Positions 47,294 through 57,704 of a stretch of DNA of 64,000 nucleotides are shown piece by piece. Origin of the DNA: Patescibacteria group bacterium (GTDB lineage: Bacteria > Patescibacteriota > Dojkabacteria > GCA-002793355); assembly GCA_016860985.1 (NCBI GenBank), contig BOKM01000001.1, positions 856,040 through 920,039 on the forward strand, given 5' to 3'. The notes below the pieces were generated by a model. The model ran no database searches. It saw nothing but the letters and a program-made list of their open reading frames with translations, and was not told the DNA's origin. The translations under genes and the position numbers were made by a program. Within the stretch, counting starts at the first letter, position 1, and every line of letters starts with the position of its first letter.

Positions 47294-49644
47294 GATGTTT
47301 CTTCAGTAACTGGCCATGATGCGTAGCTAAGGGTTTTGCTTTCGGTCGAAGCTTTTGGATACGAATCCCACAGGTATTCTGTTATGAAAGGAATATAGGG
47401 GTGTAGCGATTTTAGATAGACACCAAGTACGTACCACAACGTCCATTGACCAGCTTTTCGAGAGGCAATTGCTTCTGGTGAATTGTTTATGGGGTTGCCT
47501 TCTTTGTCTTTTGTGTACAATCGCTGTTTTACCTGTTCAAGGTATGTATCACAGAAATCGTGCCAGAACGATTGAATAAGATCGACAGCAACAATGCCAA
47601 AGCGGAATTTTTTAATTTTTTGCTCCACCTGTAAGGCGATATCGCGAGCTTTCTGTAAAATCTGCCTATCTGCTTCTTCAAATGAAAGTGAGGACTCTTC
47701 TATTTCCCATGGTGCTGAAAGATCTTGAGTCGAGAAATTGACGTATTTTGCAGCATTCCAAAGTTTGTTGAGGAAATTGCGGTTACCAGCAAGTTTATCC
47801 GAATCAATTCTATAACTGGCTCCTGCTTTGTTTCCAACGATATACAGTAAGCGAATTGCATCTGCTCCATATTGCCCAACCAAATCGTCGAGTGTAATCA
47901 CGTTTCCTTTAGACTTACTCATTTTTTGTCCATCTGGTGCTTTTACAATGCCGTGAAGATACACATCTTTGAATGGAATCTGATTTGTTCTAAATAACCC
48001 AAGCATAATCATTCGAGAAACCCAGAATTCAAGGATGTCGTAGCCTGTTTCCATGGTATCTGTGGGGTACATGACATCGAGCAGCCCTTCTTTTTCGAGT
48101 GTAACGTATGGCCATTGTCCTGAGCTAAACCATGTGTCGAACACATTCTCATCTTGTATCCATTCTGAGCCAGGAGATGTTTTGGATACCTGAGCAAGTC
48201 CTTTCTGAACCGCGTCTGCAAAGTCTGTTACCTGCACTCCGTTGATGAGTTCAACAACTTTACCCTCTTCGTTGTATGTTGTTTCGATTTCTCCTTTGTA
48301 CCATACAGGGAATCGATAACCCCACCAAAGCGCTCTAGAAATTGGCCAATCACGAAGATTCTTCATCCAGTGGTTGTACTTTTTGGTCATGTATTTTGGA
48401 TGAATAGAGATGTCGCCATCTTTTACTGCTTGAATTGCTTTTGACTTCATGTCGTCGATTTTGATAAACCATTGACTTGACATGAGTGGTTCAATGATTG
48501 TTTTGCACCTTTCACAAACGGGAATTCGTTGAGAGATGGTCTCTTCTTTCTCAAATAAAGAGAGGGCTTTCATGTCGGTGAGCACTGCTTCTTTTGCTTC
48601 AATGGTAGTTAATCCTTTGTATTTTCCGATTGGGCCACACATTTTGCCTTCTGGATCAATAACATTAATCCAATCGACCTGATTGTTTGGATTGTTTTCA
48701 TTCCAACGAAGCATAATCTCGTAATCCTCTGGTGCATGTGCAGGTGTAAGCTTTAGGCAGCCAGTTCCGACTGAAGTGTCAACTTGCCCGTCGGTGATGA
48801 TTGGTATTTCGCGATTAACTAGCGGAAGAATAACAATCTGCCCGTGCAGCTCTTTATATCGGTCGTCTTCTGGATTTACCACAATTGCGGTATCTCCGAG
48901 CATTGTTTCTGGTCTTGTAGTTGCCACAGTAATGTGAGTGTGATTCCCTACGGGATTTTTAAGCGGATATTTCAAGTAATACATTGATGCCTCGCGTTCC
49001 TTTTTTTCGGTATCGATATCGGCGAGCGCTGTTTTACATGAAGGGCACCAGTTCACAATGCGAACACCCTTGTAAACTTTCTCCTTATCATAAAGCTGTA
49101 TAAATGTTGAGAGTACATTATCAACGATGGTTGGATCTAGCGTAAACACATTTCGGTCAAAATCTGCCGACAGTCCGATTCGCTTTTCATCTTTTAGAGC
49201 TTCGGCCATCATCCCTGTAAAATAGTCGTATGTTTCCTTATAAAACTGATCACGAGACATTGTCGCTTTTGACTTGCCTTGTGGTCTAAAGTGCTCTCGT
49301 AAAACGACAATTTCGCCTTGAATGCCTGCGTGGTCTTTTCCAGGAAAAAGTAATACCCTTTTTCCCTTCATACGCCAAAATCTCCCTAGAAGATCTTGGT
49401 AAGAATACCCAGATATATTCCCTAAGTGAGGTCTTCCGTATGCGTTTGGTGGTGGGTCAATAATAACAAATCGTCTTTCTGGGTGACCGTGTAGATATTG
49501 TTTTAACTCCTCTGTTGTATCGAGCTCTTGTTTTTCTGGATTGTATTCAGGTTTAAAAAAAGGATTCTTTTCCCAAAATTCCAAGACTGCGGGTTCAGTA
49601 ATTTGTGGGTTATACGGTCCTTTATATAGTTCGAAGTTTGCCAT
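47290..49644 (-). CDS. valS: Valine--tRNA ligase lacking the C-terminal coiled-coil arm
   Basis: PPPN..HLGN, DHAGIQG, ATTRPETMLGDTA, GTGCLKLTPAH, DWPISRALWWG, DTWFSS, KMSKS. Confidence 0.97.
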   Translation of the reverse strand: MANFELYKGPYNPQITEPAVLEFWEKNPFFKPEYNPEKQELDTTEELKQYLHGHPERRFVIIDPPPNAYGRPHLGNISGYSYQDLLGRFWRMKGKRVLLFPGKDHAGIQGEIVVLREHFRPQGKSKATMSRDQFYKETYDYFTGMMAEALKDEKRIGLSADFDRNVFTLDPTIVDNVLSTFIQLYDKEKVYKGVRIVNWCPSCKTALADIDTEKKEREASMYYLKYPLKNPVGNHTHITVATTRPETMLGDTAIVVNPEDDRYKELHGQIVILPLVNREIPIITDGQVDTSVGTGCLKLTPAHAPEDYEIMLRWNENNPNNQVDWINVIDPEGKMCGPIGKYKGLTTIEAKEAVLTDMKALSLFEKEETISQRIPVCERCKTIIEPLMSSQWFIKIDDMKSKAIQAVKDGDISIHPKYMTKKYNHWMKNLRDWPISRALWWGYRFPVWYKGEIETTYNEEGKVVELINGVQVTDFADAVQKGLAQVSKTSPGSEWIQDENVFDTWFSSGQWPYVTLEKEGLLDVMYPTDTMETGYDILEFWVSRMIMLGLFRTNQIPFKDVYLHGIVKAPDGQKMSKSKGNVITLDDLVGQYGADAIRLLYIVGNKAGASYRIDSDKLAGNRNFLNKLWNAAKYVNFSTQDLSAPWEIEESSLSFEEADRQILQKARDIALQVEQKIKKFRFGIVAVDLIQSFWHDFCDTYLEQVKQRLYTKDKEGNPINNSPEAIASRKAGQWTLWYVLGVYLKSLHPYIPFITEYLWDSYPKASTESKTLSYASWPVTEETS

Positions 49645-49760
49645 GTGCGATTATAACGCAATCTTTATATATTTTGTACCTCTAGTTATTGTTATCTTTT
49701 TGATTAATAAACCAAACTAAGTATGTTTTCAGTCTGTGTGGTTTCTGCTATACTGATTTT

Positions 49761-51620
49761 ATGCCACTGCCCTATACTGGTGTTGATATGCGCTTGCTCT
49801 CTGCTCTTGTTGAGCGTGGTCTTATAAAGTCCGAAGTTTCTGAGCAGATAAAGCTTGAATGCGCCCAACAAAACAAATCTGAAATTCAGCTGATTCTTGA
49901 AAAAAAGCTCGTTTCAGAGCGCGATTTATTCAAAACAAAGGCTGCAGTTTATAACGTTCAGTTCATTGATGACGTCTCTGCAATTCAGCCTCCGGCTGAG
50001 CTCATGGTCGGGATTAATATTGACGCCCTTCGAGAGCAACAGTCTTTTCCATTCGAAATGACGGATACTCGCGTCAAAATTCTTATGTCTGATCCGTTCA
50101 ATATTAACGCGATTCAATTCTGGAAGGTTAAATATTTGCCAAGGCAAATTGAGGTTTACACTGCAACTCCATCTGAGGTCGCCTCATATATCGGAACTCG
50201 ATTTGGAAGCATGATCGGCGGTGATGTTCAGGCTGCAGTTTCAAGTTATCAACAAGAGGCAGGTATCAAAGAAACCGTTATTTCTACAGATGACGTCGGA
50301 GATGTTTCACAGAATCTGCAAGGCGCACCTGTTGCCAAAATCGTAAACTCAGTATTGGTATTTGCAGCACAGGCAGGAGCTTCCGATATTCACATTGAAC
50401 CTCAAGAAAAAAGTGTTCGTATTCGATACCGTGTAGATGGTGTATTAACAGAGAAATTAACCCTTCCGAGGGAACTTCTCTCTCCTGTAATTGCAAGAAT
50501 CAAAATCATGTCCAATATGAAAATAGACGAAACTCGATTACCTCAAGATGACCGTCTGTTCATTGCAGTTGGTGATAGAAAATTTGACTTACGTGTTTCT
50601 ACTCTTCCATCTGTGCAAGGAGAAAAGATCGTCATGCGTTTGTTGGAACGAACCTCAGGTATTCCGCCATTGGAAGAATCTGGGTTAAGAGGGTCTGGAT
50701 ACAAACGATATATGGAGAGTATTAGTCTTACAAACGGAATCGTATTGGTTACAGGTCCAACCGGTAGCGGTAAAACAAGAACTTTGGCGAGTACGGTTTC
50801 TCGACTTAATGATCCAAAAGTAAATATTATCTCAATTGAAGATCCAGTCGAAATTAGAATTCCAGGTGTTACTCAAGTACAGGTTAACCACGATATCGGA
50901 CTTGATTTCGCAACTGTACTTCGAGCAGTCTTACGTCAAGACCCCAATATTGTATACCTAGGTGAAGTTCGTGACGAAGAAACCGCACGATTGGCAATCA
51001 GAGCTGCGCTTACCGGTCACTTGGTACTCTCAACTTTGCACACTAATGGTGCTGTTGCCTCTCTGGTACGTTTGATTGACATGGGGATTGAACCTTTCTT
51101 GGTAGCATCTACTGTTAAATGTGTTGTAGCTCAGCGTTTGGTAAGAACTATCTGTCCACATTGCCGTGTTGCCGAAATGGCGAGCCCAGAAATGATTGCA
51201 GAAATCAATCATATACTCGGGGGCATTCAAAACTTTGACGTAGTTCGTTATGTAGAATCAATTGCAAAGCGTGCAGCTGTTACCCCTGATGATCCGGCTT
51301 TCAAGTTTTCTCCTCCTGTTAAGTCACCAGAAATGTCCCCCGAAGGGAGAAAAACAATATATCTTTACAAAGGGGAAGGTTGTTCAAAGTGTGGAGGAAC
51401 TGGATATAAAGGTCGTATGGCAATATTTGAAGTCGCAACGGTGACCGATAAGGTCGCTTCTGGAATTGCACGAAACGCAGAGTTTGATTCGTTAGAAAAA
51501 CTTGCAGAAGAAGAAGGCATGATTACCATGGTACAAGATGGATACTTAAAAGCAATTGAGGGTATCACTACAATTGAAGAAGTAGCCCGTGTGGCCAAGA
51601 GTGATAGTGAAATAACGTAA
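49761..51620 (+). CDS. pilB: Type IV pilus assembly ATPase
   Basis: ASDIHIEP, GPTGSGKT, SIEDPVE, LRQDPNIVYLGEVRD, AALTGHLVLSTLH, CPHC..CSKC. Confidence 0.95.
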   Translation: MPLPYTGVDMRLLSALVERGLIKSEVSEQIKLECAQQNKSEIQLILEKKLVSERDLFKTKAAVYNVQFIDDVSAIQPPAELMVGINIDALREQQSFPFEMTDTRVKILMSDPFNINAIQFWKVKYLPRQIEVYTATPSEVASYIGTRFGSMIGGDVQAAVSSYQQEAGIKETVISTDDVGDVSQNLQGAPVAKIVNSVLVFAAQAGASDIHIEPQEKSVRIRYRVDGVLTEKLTLPRELLSPVIARIKIMSNMKIDETRLPQDDRLFIAVGDRKFDLRVSTLPSVQGEKIVMRLLERTSGIPPLEESGLRGSGYKRYMESISLTNGIVLVTGPTGSGKTRTLASTVSRLNDPKVNIISIEDPVEIRIPGVTQVQVNHDIGLDFATVLRAVLRQDPNIVYLGEVRDEETARLAIRAALTGHLVLSTLHTNGAVASLVRLIDMGIEPFLVASTVKCVVAQRLVRTICPHCRVAEMASPEMIAEINHILGGIQNFDVVRYVESIAKRAAVTPDDPAFKFSPPVKSPEMSPEGRKTIYLYKGEGCSKCGGTGYKGRMAIFEVATVTDKVASGIARNAEFDSLEKLAEEEGMITMVQDGYLKAIEGITTIEEVARVAKSDSEIT

Positions 51621-51631
51621 TTACGAAAGAA

Positions 51632-53245
51632 ATGGACTTAAACACAGGAATTCCAATACAAAACCCAAGCACACAATTGCCGCCAGTACCACAGCAAAGT
51701 CCTACTCTTCCAAGTTTTGTTGATCCTGTGACGTCAACGGCTGCACCACTACCTTCCATGCCCCCAGTATCAGGAACTCCTGCTGATCTTCCACCTCTAG
51801 AAGATGTTGAACATTCTCAAGCGTTTGTAGATACACTGTCTGCGTTAAAAGATTTGTCTGCAAAAACGGCAGAAATACCCTTAGACTCAACGCCGGCTGT
51901 TACGGGTGATAGCCCAATAAATGAGTCTGTGAACTCTGTTGAACAGCCACCACAAGATATTCAAGAGAGTACCCCGGTTGTTCCATCTACACCAGTGGTA
52001 GAGATTAAAACACAAACTGAACCTGACATATCAACATTAACTCCACCTGTTTCTACACCTGTGCTTGAAACAGAGCTCCCTGCTCCACCTACTCAAGAGC
52101 AAATTCCTGTTACTGCTTCACCACAATTACCCGATGCTGTTATGGCACCGTTTGCTCCAGTCGGTAATATTCCAATGTCTGGCGCCTACGAAACAAAGAA
52201 ATTACTTGATATTGTTGTGCAAAAGGATGCTTCCGATTTACACCTCGTGGTAGGTTATCCTCCTATGATTCGTGTAGATGGAGATTTAGTCACGGTTGGA
52301 AGCACAATTCTCGACCCCAAAATGGCAAAGGAACTTGTCTATTCTGTTTTGCCAGATGATAAAAAAGAGCAACTTGAAGTTAACCGCGAGGTAGATCTTG
52401 CTTACCAACACGAAGGTGCTGGGCGATTTCGTATTAATGCGTATTGGCAGCGCGGGTATATTTCAGGCGCATTTCGTTTGATTCCTACAAGAATACGTAC
52501 AATTGACGAGTTAAAACTTCCACCGCTATTTCATAAATTCGCAGATATGGAACAAGGGCTTGTATTAGTGACTGGTCCAACTGGGCATGGTAAATCAACA
52601 ACCCTCGCTTCTGTTATTCACGAAATAAACATGAAGCATCCAAAGCATATTTTGACAATTGAAGATCCGATTGAATACGTATTTCCTCAGCAAAAAGCTC
52701 TCGTTTCTCAGCGAGAATTGGGTGATGATACCCATTCCTGGAAAGGTGCACTTCGTTCTGCCCTTCGTGAAGACCCTGATGTAGTACTTGTCGGAGAAAT
52801 GCGTGACTTAGAAACTATTTCTGCTGCAATAACTGTCGCAGAAACAGGTCACTTGGTATTTGCTACCTTGCACACAAACAATGCAGCGCAAACAATTCAA
52901 CGTATTGTGAACATGTATCCTGATGTACAGCAAGAGGAGATTCGTTCTGAACTTGCAGATGTACTTGAGGCAGTGGTCGCGCAGCGTTTAATTCCAGTAA
53001 AAGGTGGAGGTCGTAGAGCTGCACTCGAAGTCATGCTTATGACACCTGCTATCAGAAACCTTATTCGCGAAAACAAAATATATCAAATCGACAACATTAT
53101 CCGCACAAGTATGGACGTAGGCATGATTACGCTTGAAAAATCACTTCTCACTTTCTTTAGAGAAGGGTTGATTTCGCAAGAAGATGCACTGCGTTACGCG
53201 CTCGATGCAACTGAAATGGCAAGATTACTTGAAGAACTAGTCTAA
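51632..53245 (+). CDS. pilT: Type IV pilus retraction ATPase with ~185-aa Pro-rich N-terminal extension
   Basis: ASDLHL, GPTGHGKSTT, ALREDPDVVLVGEMRD, AETGHLVFATLH, AIRNLIRE. Confidence 0.95.
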   Translation: MDLNTGIPIQNPSTQLPPVPQQSPTLPSFVDPVTSTAAPLPSMPPVSGTPADLPPLEDVEHSQAFVDTLSALKDLSAKTAEIPLDSTPAVTGDSPINESVNSVEQPPQDIQESTPVVPSTPVVEIKTQTEPDISTLTPPVSTPVLETELPAPPTQEQIPVTASPQLPDAVMAPFAPVGNIPMSGAYETKKLLDIVVQKDASDLHLVVGYPPMIRVDGDLVTVGSTILDPKMAKELVYSVLPDDKKEQLEVNREVDLAYQHEGAGRFRINAYWQRGYISGAFRLIPTRIRTIDELKLPPLFHKFADMEQGLVLVTGPTGHGKSTTLASVIHEINMKHPKHILTIEDPIEYVFPQQKALVSQRELGDDTHSWKGALRSALREDPDVVLVGEMRDLETISAAITVAETGHLVFATLHTNNAAQTIQRIVNMYPDVQQEEIRSELADVLEAVVAQRLIPVKGGGRRAALEVMLMTPAIRNLIRENKIYQIDNIIRTSMDVGMITLEKSLLTFFREGLISQEDALRYALDATEMARLLEELV

Positions 53246-54468
53246 TGGAAGAAAAAAAATTGTATGAATATGTCGCAGTAGGAAAAGATGGGAATCGTAC
53301 AAAAGGTTCGATGACTGCGCTTAATAAAGAAGAGGTAGTTACACAACTTTTCCAGAAAGGACTATCGCCTGTTTCAGTCGATGAGGTATCAAAATTGTTT
53401 GCACTTGATAGATTAAAAGAGGTAAACATTGGTGGGGTTCCGCTCAAAGACAAGATGATCTTCTTGAAGCAGTTCTCTATCATGTTAAACGCTGGTTTGT
53501 CGATTACTCGGGCACTTGAGGTATTAAGTATGCAAACCACCAATCCTCGGTTTAAGGTGGTACTTAAAGAGGTATTGAAGTCCGTATCGGGTGGTGTACA
53601 GCTTTCAGATTCTTTTGCAAAATACCCAGATGTATTCGATTCAATTGCAATAAACCTAATCAAAGCTGGTGAACAAAGTGGAAACCTTGGTCTCATTCTC
53701 CGTAAGCTTTCGCGTGAATATGAACAGAAAAATGCGTTAAAAAGTAAAGTCACGTCAGCACTCGCATACCCTGCAGTTCTTACAGTGGTAATGATTGGTG
53801 TAGTTGTGTTTCTGCTTGCAATTGTAGTGCCGCAATTAGAAGATGCCTTTAAGTCCTTTGGGGCGGAACTTCCATGGATTACCAAAGCTGTTATTGGGTT
53901 AAGTAAGGTAATTACAAATTATTGGTATCTAGTGCTTCTTGTGCTTATTGGTGGTGCGGTTGGCATTAAGTATTTTGTTTCAACCCCAGAAGGTCGTCGA
54001 GTATGGGATAAAATACTCATTACGGTCCCAGTATTTGGTCCATTGTTTGTCAAAATACAGGTTGCAACCTTTAGCCGGGTACTATATTTGCTTATCAGCA
54101 GCGGTGTCCCAATTCTTCAGACCTTAGAACTTACTGAAGCGACTTTAAGTAATATTTGGTTTAAAGACGAAGTGATCTCAATGCGTGATCAGGTAAAACG
54201 AGGTGTTTCTATTGCCGTACCGCTGTTACAAAGTCCTTACTTCCCTTCCATTGTTGGGTATATGGTTAATGTTGGACAAGAAACGGGTCAGCTTGATACT
54301 GTGCTTCGCAAGGTTGCAAAATATTACGATTTGGAGATTAAGACGGCAACGTCGACACTTTCATCACTACTTGAGCCAATTCTTCTCGTGGTGATGGGTG
54401 GAGTTGTAGGTGTAATTGTTGCCGCTATTTACTACCCAATGTTCCAATTGACACAGTCAATAAAATAG
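53245..54468 (+). CDS. pilC: Type IV pilus platform protein
   Basis: QFSIMLNAGL, AGEQSGNL, SALAYP, VGQETGQLD, LLEPIL. Confidence 0.95.
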   Translation: MEEKKLYEYVAVGKDGNRTKGSMTALNKEEVVTQLFQKGLSPVSVDEVSKLFALDRLKEVNIGGVPLKDKMIFLKQFSIMLNAGLSITRALEVLSMQTTNPRFKVVLKEVLKSVSGGVQLSDSFAKYPDVFDSIAINLIKAGEQSGNLGLILRKLSREYEQKNALKSKVTSALAYPAVLTVVMIGVVVFLLAIVVPQLEDAFKSFGAELPWITKAVIGLSKVITNYWYLVLLVLIGGAVGIKYFVSTPEGRRVWDKILITVPVFGPLFVKIQVATFSRVLYLLISSGVPILQTLELTEATLSNIWFKDEVISMRDQVKRGVSIAVPLLQSPYFPSIVGYMVNVGQETGQLDTVLRKVAKYYDLEIKTATSTLSSLLEPILLVVMGGVVGVIVAAIYYPMFQLTQSIK

Positions 54469-54512
54469 TCTATTCTGAAACGTATTAAGGTATTTAACAT
54501 TGCTCAATTTAT

Positions 54513-55088
54513 ATGAAACTTAAAGCATTTACCCTCGTGGAGCTTCTCGTCGTAATGGCGATTATCAGCTTCCTTTCTGTCGGTGCATTTGCCGGCTTAA
54601 GCTATGGACTCCGACAATCTCGTGATGTTCAAAAGAAAAAGCTTGTAGACCTAGCTCACACTGCACTTCAAGCATATTATGCAGATTATGCAGCATATCC
54701 AAAATGTAACGGTGCACCCTCTACTGTCACAGGGTTAACTGGTGGTTGGTATTACTGCCCAGGTGCTTTTCCAATTAGAGGTCAAGCAGGTTCAGGTTTC
54801 TTGATAACTTCTGGCGGTATTACAGGTTTAATGGACTATCTTGAAGGTGAATGGCCAACTTCAAACTCTAATGCTGATCCAGCTGCTGGTGATAAATATC
54901 TGAGATACTATATTAATACAGGCAGCGGTGGCGCAAGCGGAACCCCACTTAAATTCGCAGTTTGTATAACAGTCGAAAACAAGAACGGAAACTCAAACCT
55001 TACCCGAAAGGGCACAACGGTTAAAGACTGTTACTGTGCAGGTGCCGAGTATGCAGAGGTTTCCTGTGCTGGTATGGATGGTCGTTAG
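54513..55088 (+). CDS. Major type IV pilin-like protein
   Basis: MKLKA|FTLVELLVVMAII, SRD.QK, ALQAYYAD..YP; six Cys. Confidence 0.9.
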   Translation: MKLKAFTLVELLVVMAIISFLSVGAFAGLSYGLRQSRDVQKKKLVDLAHTALQAYYADYAAYPKCNGAPSTVTGLTGGWYYCPGAFPIRGQAGSGFLITSGGITGLMDYLEGEWPTSNSNADPAAGDKYLRYYINTGSGGASGTPLKFAVCITVENKNGNSNLTRKGTTVKDCYCAGAEYAEVSCAGMDGR

Positions 55089-55111
55089 GTCATTCGTTAG
55101 TTAACTCTGTT

Positions 55112-55873
55112 ATGTCACAAGATCAGATTATAATCCTTGCATTCGCTTTTTCTGGTCTTGTGCTTTCAGAGTATGTGCAGCTCATTTCTGATCGTGGTTC
55201 ATTTCTCGATTCCTTGTGGGGGCGTTCTCAGTGTGATTCATGTAAATCGACTATCCCTTGGTTCGGATTAATACCTCTTTTGGGACGTTTTTTACTTAAG
55301 GGTTCGTGTCCAACTTGCGGTAAGCATGTGAGTTGGAAATATTTTCAGTTTGAAGTGATTTTTGGTTTAGGGTGGATAGCTTCCTTGGCTTTCTTTTATA
55401 TCAATTCCATTACTTCCCCACTTATACTTGCTGTCTATCTTCTTCTCTATTGTACTTCGTGGTTACTCATGTACGAGGATGGAAAGCATTATTCTGTTCC
55501 AGTTTCTTGGCTTATTTCTTGGGGAATTACGTACGTGTTGGCGTGGTTCTTTACCTCGTCTACTCATCAGGTATACCCTCCAGATACACTTCTTATGGCG
55601 GCGACACTAGGATTGGCTTTAGTCAGTGTTGCATTAAGAAAACCAAAGGAAGAAAGAGGTATTTCACAGTTATTTGGTGCTGCTGACTTTATTGTGCTGT
55701 TTCTGTTTGTCTTGTTGTTAGGTTTTCAGTACACCACCGTTATTTTAGTGCTAACAATGATTAATGCTGTGCTTTACTTACTTATGAGAAAACAGCTAAA
55801 GGCAGGGCAAAGACTACCTTTGCTTACTGTAATGCTCCCTTGGGGATATGTGCTCCTTTTTCTATTGTTTTGA
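55112..55873 (+). CDS. pilD: Prepilin peptidase (A24)
   Basis: RSQCDSC..IPLL..KGSCPTC zinc site; YED..Y..P and FGAAD catalytic aspartates. Confidence 0.85.
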   Translation: MSQDQIIILAFAFSGLVLSEYVQLISDRGSFLDSLWGRSQCDSCKSTIPWFGLIPLLGRFLLKGSCPTCGKHVSWKYFQFEVIFGLGWIASLAFFYINSITSPLILAVYLLLYCTSWLLMYEDGKHYSVPVSWLISWGITYVLAWFFTSSTHQVYPPDTLLMAATLGLALVSVALRKPKEERGISQLFGAADFIVLFLFVLLLGFQYTTVILVLTMINAVLYLLMRKQLKAGQRLPLLTVMLPWGYVLLFLLF

Positions 55874-55875
55874 TT

Positions 55876-56430
55876 CTAACGGATTGACACATTTATAAAT
55901 CGCGAGATGTTCTTTACGGCTGGTTCTTCTCCAAGTTTCGCAGTTGACTCCATTGTGTAGGTGAGATTCACATTCGCAACTTGTGCCTCATCAAAATCTG
56001 GTGTTTCACATGTGAAGGCTAAACTCGTAACTTTTACATCTGCATACGTTAGGACTGTTTCACAAACGGGGGTGGTCGCCTGTGCCATACAGAAACGGTA
56101 TTTGTCATCAGCTTCTTTTTGACCGTAAAAAATGAACGTGTCACTTGCCCCTTTTGGTTGCCACGTCACGCTTTTTATTGGATCATTTGGTGCCGAACAT
56201 TTTATTGATCGTGGGTCAGCATTCTTAATACGTAGCTTAAAGTATTCACCTACAAACTCACTTTCGTTTCTGACGGCTGTTCTTGCATCGATAAGGTATG
56301 AGCCGAGTAATAAGGTATTAAACGACTGCACTATCATCACAAAAATCAAAGAAATTAAAGTCATCGCGATGATCGTCTCAAGAAGAGTAAAGCCAGCGAT
56401 TTTCGTTTCTACATGCTTATTGTGGTCCAC
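55876..56430 (-). CDS. Minor pilin (PilW-like)
   Basis: IAG|FTLLETII, RIKNA. Confidence 0.85.
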   Translation of the reverse strand: MDHNKHVETKIAGFTLLETIIAMTLISLIFVMIVQSFNTLLLGSYLIDARTAVRNESEFVGEYFKLRIKNADPRSIKCSAPNDPIKSVTWQPKGASDTFIFYGQKEADDKYRFCMAQATTPVCETVLTYADVKVTSLAFTCETPDFDEAQVANVNLTYTMESTAKLGEEPAVKNISRFINVSIR

Positions 56431-57046
56431 TTGTTCGGTACAATTGAAAGCTTAGCTTAAAGGGTTTAAAGGTCGTACTGTCGCACATACCTTCAATACA
56501 GGCAACAATTATTTCAATATTTGCATCATTTGGCGAGTCCTGCGCTTCTGTGAACTCCTTTTGGTCGTTGTCTTTTCGTACGATTATTCGGCCAAAAAGC
56601 TTTTTGTTAAAATTATCTTCAACCTCGTTGGCGGCGGTTAACGCACAGTCGTTGCCTGAAAGATAGCCGGTAGCTTCTTCAAAATGACAGGTATCGTAAG
56701 TAAGTCGCGTAAGTTTTGGTTTTACGTTTGGGTCGCTTACATCAAGATAACCCATTGGTTGTTGCGTTATTGGCGAATTATTTACGGCAGGAGGAATGGC
56801 GGCATTTTCTCCAAAACTGTTCTGCCAATCGGTGTCTTTTGTGTTGTAAACTACCTGTACAACCTCGGTCGCATAATTGCGCATCTTATCTTGAAGTTCT
56901 AGTGTTTTTGTTCGCTTTAAAGAATCAAACGTCATCTGCAAAAGTGACGAAAAAACAAAAGCTGCAACGGCAAGTGCGACAAGAACTTCGATTAAGGTCA
57001 TTGCTGTGATTGTGCGATTAGGTTGTGGTTGCATTGATTTCACCAT
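56417..57046 (-). CDS. Minor pilin (PilV-like)
   Basis: ITA|MTLIEVLVAL; start may be 57034. Confidence 0.85.
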   Translation of the reverse strand: MVKSMQPQPNRTITAMTLIEVLVALAVAAFVFSSLLQMTFDSLKRTKTLELQDKMRNYATEVVQVVYNTKDTDWQNSFGENAAIPPAVNNSPITQQPMGYLDVSDPNVKPKLTRLTYDTCHFEEATGYLSGNDCALTAANEVEDNFNKKLFGRIIVRKDNDQKEFTEAQDSPNDANIEIIVACIEGMCDSTTFKPFKLSFQLYRTSGPQ

Positions 57047-57704
57047 TGTTTTTAAGGTTAAGCTTTATACGGTACCTTTCTTTGTCCAAGTATTCAATCT
57101 GAACTTTGAGATCAAGGTTGGCACCAAGCGAAACGTCGATACCACTGGTATTTCTGCAATACGCGTGTAATTTTCCGTTAATGGATTCGTAAATAATTGT
57201 TAACGCAGTTGTGCAAGTGGTCGCTCCATTGGAAATGACAAAATTCATACCGAGTGGCAAAATCTGCGCTGTCGTATTGTCAATTTTTCTGAGAATAAGC
57301 TCATTAGAGCCATAGCCACCACAGGAGTTTGGATTACCATCCCACTCAAGCTCTAAGCAAGGGTCACCACTGGGGAAGGATTGATAAAAATAGTTGTTTG
57401 AAACTGGGTTGCTGAGTGCCTTTACTTGTAGCATTTGCCATTGCTTGGTGGTGTTACTGTACTCGAACCGAAAGCCAATTCCTTGGACCCACTCTCGTTC
57501 GCTTGAGTTACGAGTGATAAGCATTGATTTTCTTCGGAGGATTCGCGCATTTTGTACTGCTGTTTTAATGTATTGTTGTGCAATAAAGGTGTCTCGCGCT
57601 CTTTGAGTAAAACCTGAGGAAAGAAGAAGTATGACTCCAAATATGACAAGTACAACGAGTAACTCGAGTAATGTGTAGGCGTTAGTTCGCCTTGGTGCAG
57701 TCAT
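57018..57704 (-). CDS. Minor pilin (FimT-like)
   Basis: TNA|YTLLELLVVL; TGCTACCAT 5 nt before the ATG. Confidence 0.85.
   Translation of the reverse strand: MTAPRRTNAYTLLELLVVLVIFGVILLLSSGFTQRARDTFIAQQYIKTAVQNARILRRKSMLITRNSSEREWVQGIGFRFEYSNTTKQWQMLQVKALSNPVSNNYFYQSFPSGDPCLELEWDGNPNSCGGYGSNELILRKIDNTTAQILPLGMNFVISNGATTCTTALTIIYESINGKLHAYCRNTSGIDVSLGANLDLKVQIEYLDKERYRIKLNLKNNGEINATTT

Noticed and set aside
32888..51620. c-di-GMP-binding MshEN domains on the two PilB proteins
   Set aside because: N-termini keep the helical pattern but lack the RLG motifs (QLSKIL, RLLSAL)
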